From NCBI GenBank assembly GCA_902795215.1, contig CADBKG010000008.1, positions 8,749 to 72,748 on the forward strand: 64,000 nucleotides of DNA, in the 5' to 3' direction. The stretch comes from an uncultured Erysipelotrichaceae bacterium. GTDB taxonomy: Bacteria; Bacillota_I; Bacilli_A; RF39; UBA660. Positions 55,446 through 62,546 of this stretch are shown here, one piece after another (the first letter of the stretch is position 1; each line of letters opens with the position of its first letter). The notes beneath the pieces are model-generated. The model worked only from the letters and a program-made list of their open reading frames with translations, was not told where the DNA came from and searched no databases. Both the position numbers and the translations under genes were made by a program.

Positions 55446-56243
55446 ATGAAGAAAAAATTATTTAAAGGGATTGGCACTTTTATAATTATAATTATAACTC
55501 TTATTTTGATAAAAAATAATGTAAAACTTACTAAAGCAGAACCTGAATCGATTGAAAGTAAGTCACAAGTTACAACTCTTAATAATAATTCTGACTTAGT
55601 AAAGAAATTATATGATAAATTAAATATGGACCTTATAAATAATGAATGTACGTCTTGTTTAACAAACGAATCATATAATTTTATGTATTATAACTTTGAA
55701 GGAGAAGAATACTCTTATAGTGATGATGCAAAAGTATATTTAACTATTAACTATTTATATAAAAATAAATTAATAAATAATACTACACTTGAAGATAAAA
55801 CAAATTATTTAATTGAAAAGAAAACTATGGAAGATGGGATAATAAAATTATTTGGTAATAGCAAATTAGATAACTTTGACTATTCATTTAATCCTGATGG
55901 ACAATGTGGTATTACTGAATATACTTATACAAAAGAAAATATAGAAATAAATACAAATATTTGTAATCAAAGTTTATCTAAAGCCAAAAGCAAAGAAATA
56001 AAAGCGTTTAAAGATGGAAATTATGTAAAGATGCAGATTAATGCATTTAAGTATGAAATAAATGAAGAAAATGTAATTATCAAAAACTTTAATGATGAAT
56101 TGATTACTAGTATTTCAAAAGAAGAGTTTGAAGCAAGCTTTGATAAGTACTTAGATGTAACCGAAGTAGATAATTTTGAGTTTATATTTAAATTAATTGG
56201 TGATGATTATTATTTACAAAAAATAATAAAAAACAATGTATAA
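55446..56243 (+). CDS. hypothetical N-terminally anchored protein (Cys-containing)
   Basis: MKKKLFKGIGTFIIIIITLILI signal-anchor; no recognised domain. Confidence 0.55.
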   Translation: MKKKLFKGIGTFIIIIITLILIKNNVKLTKAEPESIESKSQVTTLNNNSDLVKKLYDKLNMDLINNECTSCLTNESYNFMYYNFEGEEYSYSDDAKVYLTINYLYKNKLINNTTLEDKTNYLIEKKTMEDGIIKLFGNSKLDNFDYSFNPDGQCGITEYTYTKENIEINTNICNQSLSKAKSKEIKAFKDGNYVKMQINAFKYEINEENVIIKNFNDELITSISKEEFEASFDKYLDVTEVDNFEFIFKLIGDDYYLQKIIKNNV

Positions 56244-56277
56244 AAAGTGTAAATTTGGGTGAAAATTTACACTTTTT
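56244..56277 (+). terminator. strong intrinsic terminator
   Basis: A 13-bp stem, AAAGTGTAAATTT-gggtga-AAATTTACACTTT, plus a T-run. Confidence 0.85.
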
Positions 56278-56324
56278 AATTTGTAAACCTAATATAAATG
56301 TTATATTTTATTTAGGTGGTTACA

Positions 56325-56903
56325 GTGAAACTAGCAAAATATTCAAATGCATTAACAATCTTTTTTCTAGTAGTCGCTTTGTTCGGTGGCTTTATTATGG
56401 TCAATAAAAACGAATATGGTTTTTGTAATGTTGGAAGGGCTACGTATTTTTTAAGCGATAGTAAATTATATAAAATAGTAGAATCAAATCTAGCTAGAGG
56501 AGATAAAGTGTATTATTATGATAAAGATGACTTAGGGTATAAAATAGATAGTGACAAATTAACATATGCCAGTGAAGATGTATTTGTTGTAAAATCTAAA
56601 CCTGATGAAGCTATTGATGGAAGAAGAATGATTGGAAAATTATCTTATAAGAGTACTATTTTGGGAAGTGTTTTAAATATATTTTCATATAAAATAAATT
56701 TTATGATACTAGTAATATTACCTTTAATATTGTTATTAACATATAGGTTTTATAATGTTATTAGTCTTCCAGGGAATAAAGTTCCTGTTAAACTTGGAAA
56801 TATGGCATATGAACTACCTGCACTTAAGAGAAAACAAATTACTAGAAGAAGTGCAAATACAATTGCTTTTAAAAGAGCTCCTATTAAAAAAAGATATTCA
56901 TAA
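56325..56903 (+). CDS. SipW-like pseudo-peptidase membrane protein, paralog of 8469-9041
   Basis: AGGTGG at 56314-56319 favours GTG 56325. It shares NEYGFCNVGRATYF, GDKVYYY, RMIGKL and the C-terminal TM FMILVILPLILLL with the 8469 protein. It has no SGSMEP Ser and no THR(V/I) His. Confidence 0.5.
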   Translation: MKLAKYSNALTIFFLVVALFGGFIMVNKNEYGFCNVGRATYFLSDSKLYKIVESNLARGDKVYYYDKDDLGYKIDSDKLTYASEDVFVVKSKPDEAIDGRRMIGKLSYKSTILGSVLNIFSYKINFMILVILPLILLLTYRFYNVISLPGNKVPVKLGNMAYELPALKRKQITRRSANTIAFKRAPIKKRYS

Positions 56904-56946
56904 TAATATAATTATGATATAATCTAAATAACTAGGAGGCTTTTAT

Positions 56947-57627
56947 ATGGATGTTACAATTTATTATATAATTGGTGCTATATCATTTGCTATTGTTTCA
57001 CTTGCTCAAGGGTATGTAAAAAGAAATTATAATAAATATTCAAAGGTTGATTCTAAAGGAAATATTACAGGAGCAGAGATTGCAAGAAAAATACTAAAAG
57101 CTAATGGACTTGATAAAGTTTATGTTGTTGAAACGCAAGGAGTATTAACTGATCATTATGATCCATCTAGAAAAGTGGTTAGATTATCTAGTTCAAATTA
57201 TAATGACACTAGTATAGCTGCTGTTGCAGTGGCAGCGCATGAGTGTGGTCACGCTCTTCAAGATAAAGATAATTACTTTTTATTAAGACTTAGAGCAGCA
57301 CTTGTACCTATAGTTAATATATCTAATAAAGCTGGTTATATTATAATAATGATAGGTGTATTTGCTAATATATTTAATCTTGTTATACTGGGTATTATGT
57401 TACTTGGTGCAATTTTGCTATTTCATTTAGTAACTTTGCCAGTAGAAATAAATGCTTCTAAAAGGGCTATGGAAAAAATCGAAAAAATGCATTTGCTTAC
57501 TGGTGATGAAGTGGGAAAAGGCAGGAGTATGCTTATTGCTGCAGCGCTTACTTATGTGGCATCTGTTCTATCATCACTACTGGAAATATTTAGATTATTA
57601 CTTGTATATGGAAACAGAGACGAATAA
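56947..57627 (+). CDS. YugP-type membrane zinc metallopeptidase (Zn_peptidase_2)
   Basis: AGGAGG RBS. Motifs include GAEIARKILKANGL, LTDHYDP, HECGHALQD (HExxH) and C-terminal TM helices. Confidence 0.85.
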   Translation: MDVTIYYIIGAISFAIVSLAQGYVKRNYNKYSKVDSKGNITGAEIARKILKANGLDKVYVVETQGVLTDHYDPSRKVVRLSSSNYNDTSIAAVAVAAHECGHALQDKDNYFLLRLRAALVPIVNISNKAGYIIIMIGVFANIFNLVILGIMLLGAILLFHLVTLPVEINASKRAMEKIEKMHLLTGDEVGKGRSMLIAAALTYVASVLSSLLEIFRLLLVYGNRDE

Positions 57628-57707
57628 AGTCTCTTTTGTTTTGCACAAGTATTTCATATATTTTTCACATTTGTGTTATAATCTTTTATAGAGAAAGGGA
57701 GATACTC

Positions 57708-58370
57708 ATGAAAATATTAATAGTAGATGATGAGGAGCTAATTAGAAACGTTATAAAAGAATATGCTGAACTTGAGAAATTTGAAATCGATGAAGCAGGG
57801 GATGGGTATGAAGCAATAGAAAAATGCAAAAATAATAATTATAATCTAGTAATTATGGATATAATGATGCCAAAACTTGACGGTTATCAAGCTGTAAAAG
57901 AAATCAAAAAAGAGAAAAACATGCCTGTAATTATGCTTTCTGCTCGTGGTGAAGAATATGACAAATTACTTGGGTTTGATTTAGGTATAGATGATTACGT
58001 TCAAAAACCATTTAGTCCAAAAGAATTAATAGCGAGAATAAAAGCTATATTAAAAAGATATAATAATGATAGCGAAAAAATGGTTTACGGAAAACTATCT
58101 ATTGATAAAGCCGGTAGAGAAGTTTATGTTAATGATAAACAAGTGGTATTAACTTTAAAAGAATATGAGATGCTTGTATACCTTGTTGATAATAAAAATA
58201 TAGCTGTTTCAAGAGAAAAATTATTAAATTCAATATGGGGTTATGATTTTTACGGAGATGATAGAACAGTAGATACCCATATTAAAACTCTTAGAAGTAA
58301 ACTAGGTGAATGCAAAGATTATATAGTTACACTTAGAGGGGTAGGTTACAAATTTGAGTACAAGAATTAA
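57708..58370 (+). CDS. OmpR/PhoB-family response regulator
   Basis: The start is ATG 57708 after AAGGGAG. The receiver domain has ILIVDDE, MDIMMPKLDG and KPF. The winged-helix output domain has LTLKEYEML...RTVDTHIKTLRSKL...TLRGVGYKF. Confidence 0.92.
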   Translation: MKILIVDDEELIRNVIKEYAELEKFEIDEAGDGYEAIEKCKNNNYNLVIMDIMMPKLDGYQAVKEIKKEKNMPVIMLSARGEEYDKLLGFDLGIDDYVQKPFSPKELIARIKAILKRYNNDSEKMVYGKLSIDKAGREVYVNDKQVVLTLKEYEMLVYLVDNKNIAVSREKLLNSIWGYDFYGDDRTVDTHIKTLRSKLGECKDYIVTLRGVGYKFEYKN

Positions 58371-59733
58371 TACTAACTCCTTTATGAAGAAGACACTTGT
58401 TTTATTAGTTGTTTTTTCTTCGATTATAGCGCTTTTATATATATCGCAAGCAAGACTGCTCAATTGGTATTATGAGAGATATAAAATAAATAGTGTAGAA
58501 GAAATAGCAACTAAAATCAAAAAACAAGGAGAAAATGAAGAATATTTAGAACAAATTAGTGAAAGTTCTGATTTGTGTATAGAAGTATATGATGGAGAAG
58601 AACATGAAATATATAATGAACATGCAAAGGGATGTATGTTTCGTGGTCCAAATAACAAAATAACTAACCTTATGGAAGATATGTATAAAAGCAAAAAAAA
58701 TGAAGAATTTTATACAATTATTAATCCAGAATTTAAATCAAAGTCTTTACTTTATGGAATAAGATTATCAGAAGGTAAATATGTATATATAAATGGGCAA
58801 CTAGAAAGCTTAGATCAGGCTTCAAGACTTATAACAAAACAAAGTAGTTATGTAATAGTTGTAATATTTATTTTATCTATTCTTATTGCAATATTTATAT
58901 CCAATTCAATAACAAAACCAATTAGAGAAATAACTGCTAAAGCAAAGAGAATGGGTGAAGGAGATTTAAAAGTAGAATTTGAGCATAACTCAATAAAAGA
59001 AATAGACGATTTATCAGAAACACTAAACTATGCTAAAGAAGAAATGATAAAAACTGACGATTATAGAAGAGATTTGATGGCAAATGTCGGTCATGATTTA
59101 AAAACGCCTTTAACATTAATTAAGAGTTATGCTGAAATGGTAAGGGATATTTCTTATAAAGATGAAGAAAAAAGAAATAAACACTTAAATGTTATAATTA
59201 ATGAAACCGATAGATTAAATGTGCTTGTTAATGATATTTTGACGTTATCCAAACTAGAAGTATCTGAAAGTCCACTTGAAATAAAGGAATATGATTTATG
59301 TAAACAAATAAATGATATTATTGGAAAGTTTGAGATTTTGGAATTAACGGAGAATTATCATTTTGTTACAAATATGCCCAAAAAAGCTATGGTAAAAGCA
59401 GATGAAAATAAGATTAATCAAGTTATATATAATTTAATCAATAATGCAATCAATTATACAGGTGAAGATTTAACTATAAATATAAACATTAAAGAAGAAA
59501 AAAACGGATATAAAATAGAGATTATTGATAGTGGAAAAGGCATTGATAAAAAAGATATTAAACATGTATGGAATAGATATTATAAAACGGATAAAAAGCA
59601 TAGAAGAAACAAAGTAGGAACAGGGTTAGGTTTATCTATTGTTAAAGAGATACTTAATAAACATGATTTTAAATATGGAGTTAAAAGTGAAATAGGAAAA
59701 GGAACAAATTTCTGGTTTATAGCAAAAAAATAA
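58354..59733 (+). CDS. sensor histidine kinase (2 TM, HAMP, HisKA, HATPase)
   Basis: H-box ANVGHDLKTPLT, N-box NLINNAINYT and G-boxes DSGKGI/GTGLGLSI. The start is uncertain (TTG 58354 overlapping the RR stop, or ATG 58384). Confidence 0.9.
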   Translation: MSTRINTNSFMKKTLVLLVVFSSIIALLYISQARLLNWYYERYKINSVEEIATKIKKQGENEEYLEQISESSDLCIEVYDGEEHEIYNEHAKGCMFRGPNNKITNLMEDMYKSKKNEEFYTIINPEFKSKSLLYGIRLSEGKYVYINGQLESLDQASRLITKQSSYVIVVIFILSILIAIFISNSITKPIREITAKAKRMGEGDLKVEFEHNSIKEIDDLSETLNYAKEEMIKTDDYRRDLMANVGHDLKTPLTLIKSYAEMVRDISYKDEEKRNKHLNVIINETDRLNVLVNDILTLSKLEVSESPLEIKEYDLCKQINDIIGKFEILELTENYHFVTNMPKKAMVKADENKINQVIYNLINNAINYTGEDLTININIKEEKNGYKIEIIDSGKGIDKKDIKHVWNRYYKTDKKHRRNKVGTGLGLSIVKEILNKHDFKYGVKSEIGKGTNFWFIAKK

Positions 59734-59736
59734 AAT

Positions 59737-59758
59737 ATTTCACATAAATTTCACATAA
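59737..59758 (+). promoter_or_regulatory. perfect tandem 11-nt direct repeat (candidate response-regulator box)
   Basis: ATTTCACATAA ATTTCACATAA, with one helical turn of periodicity. It lies between the HK stop and the TasA-like gene promoter. Confidence 0.35.
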
Positions 59759-59810
59759 CTTTAGTATAAGTAAATTGAATATGCAAGCAAGTTATCCTTC
59801 TCTATCTTGT

Positions 59811-59838
59811 AAGCACATTCATTTTTTTGTGCTTTTTT
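59811..59838 (+). terminator. intrinsic terminator after the two-component operon
   Basis: AAGCACA-(10 nt loop)-TGTGCTT plus a T-run. Confidence 0.6.
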
Positions 59839-59849
59839 CATATTTTTTG

Positions 59850-59878
59850 TTGCATTTAAAAATGTTTTTTGTTATCAT
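59850..59878 (+). promoter_or_regulatory. promoter of TasA-like gene 1
   Basis: TTGCAT (59850-59855), a 17-nt spacer, then TATCAT (59873-59878). The same TTGCAT -35 hexamer recurs at 60601. Confidence 0.55.
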
Positions 59879-59901
59879 TATTATAGTAAGGAGGACTTAA
59901 T

Positions 59902-60561
59902 ATGGAAGGAGAAAATCAAAAAAAACAAAAGAATAATAATACTGTTTTAGTAATTATTGCTGTTGCGACATTACTTGTAGCATTAGTAGGTGCAACATTT
60001 GCGTACTTTACTGCGACTGTTAATAACGAATCTGCACAAAGTATCGAAGTTACTACTGCAAGTCCAGCAACTTTGGAGTATAGATCTACAGATACTCTTG
60101 CATTAACAAATGCATCTCCAGGACCTGAAGCAACTAAAACCATGACATTCACTGTTAAAAATCCGCTTACAACAACTGATGGACAAAGTAATACAAAAAG
60201 TTACAAATATGACTTATATTTAACAAGTCTAACAGATGACTTTTCTGATGCTAGTGGTGGTCTAGAACAATTAATGCTTTCTGTTACTCAAACTACAGAT
60301 GGTGATTCTACTTTAAAAATTGGTAATACACCATTAACAATTAATTTAACAAATGGTACACAAGTTTTAGCAGCTACTAGATCAACTGATGCAACAATCC
60401 ATGGAAAAGATGTTGTTATTGAACAAGAAATTGCTCCTGGTGAAACACATACTTATAGTGCAACAATTGAGTTCAGAGATACTGACTCTAACCAAAATAG
60501 CAACCAAAATAAGACATATTCAGGTTATTTTGAAATTGCAAATGCTCAAACAGTTAATTAA
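59902..60561 (+). CDS. SipW-dependent-type signal peptide protein, TasA/camelysin-like matrix protein 1
   Basis: AAGGAGG RBS. The N-terminus ...VLVIIAVATLLVALVGATFAYFTATV carries the (G)(A/G)TFAYF(T/S) motif typical of SipW substrates. The mature part is Thr/Ser/Asn-rich and looks like a beta-protein. Confidence 0.8.
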   Translation: MEGENQKKQKNNNTVLVIIAVATLLVALVGATFAYFTATVNNESAQSIEVTTASPATLEYRSTDTLALTNASPGPEATKTMTFTVKNPLTTTDGQSNTKSYKYDLYLTSLTDDFSDASGGLEQLMLSVTQTTDGDSTLKIGNTPLTINLTNGTQVLAATRSTDATIHGKDVVIEQEIAPGETHTYSATIEFRDTDSNQNSNQNKTYSGYFEIANAQTVN

Positions 60562-60574
60562 TAATATATAAATA

Positions 60575-60598
60575 AAAGAAGAGAAATCTTCTTTTTTT
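60575..60598 (+). terminator. intrinsic terminator
   Basis: AAGAAGA-gaaa-TCTTCTT plus a T-run. Confidence 0.75.
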
Positions 60599-60600
60599 AG

Positions 60601-60629
60601 TTGCATTTTAGTTATGGTTTTGATATACT
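60601..60629 (+). promoter_or_regulatory. promoter of TasA-like gene 2
   Basis: TTGCAT (60601-60606), a 17-nt spacer, then TGaTATACT, an extended -10 (60621-60629). Confidence 0.6.
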
Positions 60630-60654
60630 TTTAATAGAGTAAAGGAGAATAGGC

Positions 60655-61329
60655 ATGGAAGAAAAAGAAGTAAAACAAACTAATGAAGTTAGCGAAGAGG
60701 AAAAAGATAAAAAGAAAAATAGAGCAATATTATTGATAATTGGTATTGCTACTGTATTAATTGCTTTAATAGGTGCAACATTTGCATTCTTTACTGCTCA
60801 AATTAATAATGTTAATGGAGATCAAAGTGTAATGGTAACAACTGCAACAGTTGAAGGTGTTATATATACATCAACTGATCCAATTGTATTAAATCATGCG
60901 ATGCCTGGAGATAGTGATGAAGGTACATTTACTATAGAAAATCCAAATACAACTGCAAGTGCTAAATATACAATTACATTTGTTCCTGATTTTGATAACT
61001 TTGTGCTTACTCCAACAGAACCAGGAGATACTAAAGAAGATATGGCTGGACAATTAATCTTAACAGTTACTGGCCCTGGAATAGTTGGACAATTTAGACA
61101 TGATTTCACTGATGGAGAGAACGCTACACCTCAACCAGTAGCGGAAGATATAGAAATACCTGCCAACGCAATGGGTAGCGCAGGTCACACATATACAGCT
61201 AATATCGAGTTTGTTGAAATAGATAAAAACCAAGATGCTAACAAATCTACTAATGAAAGATCTGTAAGTTTCTTTGGACACTTCGAAGTAACTCAAAAAG
61301 TTACAGCTCAAACAAGTAGTAATCCATAA
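60655..61329 (+). CDS. SipW-dependent-type signal peptide protein, TasA/camelysin-like matrix protein 2
   Basis: AAGGAGA RBS. The N-terminus is ...AILLIIGIATVLIALIGATFAFFTAQI. It is paralogous to 59902-60561 (shared blocks include TTA..., LNHAMPGD/LTNASPGP, FTIENPNT/FTVKNPLT, YTANIEF/YSATIEF). Confidence 0.8.
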   Translation: MEEKEVKQTNEVSEEEKDKKKNRAILLIIGIATVLIALIGATFAFFTAQINNVNGDQSVMVTTATVEGVIYTSTDPIVLNHAMPGDSDEGTFTIENPNTTASAKYTITFVPDFDNFVLTPTEPGDTKEDMAGQLILTVTGPGIVGQFRHDFTDGENATPQPVAEDIEIPANAMGSAGHTYTANIEFVEIDKNQDANKSTNERSVSFFGHFEVTQKVTAQTSSNP

Positions 61330-61356
61330 GATGACAACAATGTCATCTTTTTTTTG
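61328..61356 (+). terminator. intrinsic terminator
   Basis: AAGATGACA-acaa-TGTCATCTT plus T8. Confidence 0.8.
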
Positions 61357-61417
61357 TTTTAGTACATTTTTTTGGCAATATATCTTGTTTTTTTTGCTAT
61401 TTTAATATATACTTATT

Positions 61418-62524
61418 ATGGTGAACACTATGAATAATAAAGGGGCGAGTTCTAGTTTTCTAACAAGTACTAGAATTAAGATAAATCGTATAAAAGATTC
61501 TTATATTTATAGACTCATTTCAAAGGTTCTATCTGTAATTGGAACGCTTGTATTAATATGCCTTATAATTATTGGTTCACTTATGTTTTACTTTAATGCC
61601 AAAGCCAAAGCTGCTGAAAAGCGTGGAATTAGTTATGTTCCTCCATTTGGATTATATACTATTATCAGTGGTAGTATGGAACCTAGTATTCACGTTTACG
61701 ATGTAGTTGTTTCAGTAAATGAAAAAGATTTGAGTAAGATAAAAGTGGGAGATATTATAACGTTTATTTCTACTTGGGATGTAAATTATGGTTTAACCGT
61801 TACACATAGAGTCGCAAGTGTGTCTAAGAATTCTTATGGGGAATACCAATTTACCACTAAGGGTGATAATAACCAAGATCCAGATGGTGCGGTTGTTACA
61901 CAACAAAATTTTGTAGGTAAGGTAGTTGCGAGACTGCCATATTTAGGTAGACTTCAATTCTTCTTAGCAACTAAGATGGGTTGGTTTATGGTAGTATTTA
62001 TTCCAGCACTTGGAGTAATAATTTATGATATGTTTAAAATATTTAAATTAATTGTATTAAAGAGACAAATCGATAATGTTGAAACATACGATGATCTTAA
62101 TACATTGCCAGCATATAATGAAGATGAATCTATTAATCAAACTGTTGAGGAGAGCATAACACCAGAAGAAAACAAGATAGAGGAAAACCATAAACAAAAA
62201 ATTATACCTATAAGACATAATCAAGAACAAGAAGAAATAAAAACAACAGTTAATTCAGACGAAAACATTAATATAATATATTCACCAAGCGTAGAACCTG
62301 CTAAAGAAGAAACTAATAATTCAATTGTAAATGATGTTCCAGAAGAAATTGTGCCAGTTGTTGAAAACAAACCAGTTATTAACAATGAAAATCCACTAGC
62401 AAGTTTAACGCCGGTTTCAACCAATAGTAATGAAAAAGAAACGGATGAAATAGAGTTGCCAGTAATGAATGGTAATGTAATGGCACCTAATGGAAGAAAA
62501 CCACTAGAAAGAAGAAAAAAATAA
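61418..62524 (+). CDS. sipW: signal peptidase I, SipW (archaeal/ER) type, with ~170-aa acidic C-terminal tail
   Basis: The catalytic Ser box is ISGSMEPSI and the His box is LTVTHRV (His instead of the Lys of P-type SPases). TKGDNNQDPD is present. Two TM helices flank the catalytic domain. A long Glu/Asn/Pro-rich tail ends in RKPLERRKK. Confidence 0.9.
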   Translation: MVNTMNNKGASSSFLTSTRIKINRIKDSYIYRLISKVLSVIGTLVLICLIIIGSLMFYFNAKAKAAEKRGISYVPPFGLYTIISGSMEPSIHVYDVVVSVNEKDLSKIKVGDIITFISTWDVNYGLTVTHRVASVSKNSYGEYQFTTKGDNNQDPDGAVVTQQNFVGKVVARLPYLGRLQFFLATKMGWFMVVFIPALGVIIYDMFKIFKLIVLKRQIDNVETYDDLNTLPAYNEDESINQTVEESITPEENKIEENHKQKIIPIRHNQEQEEIKTTVNSDENINIIYSPSVEPAKEETNNSIVNDVPEEIVPVVENKPVINNENPLASLTPVSTNSNEKETDEIELPVMNGNVMAPNGRKPLERRKK

Positions 62525-62546
62525 ATAAGTAAGAAGGTGAAAAGAT

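Noticed and set aside
57452-57691. 79-aa + strand ORF bridging the end of the YugP-like peptidase gene and the RR upstream region
   Set aside because: It is an alternative frame of a well-supported HExxH peptidase gene and runs through its terminator hairpin (AGAGAC...GTCTCT at ~57613-57640). It has no RBS.
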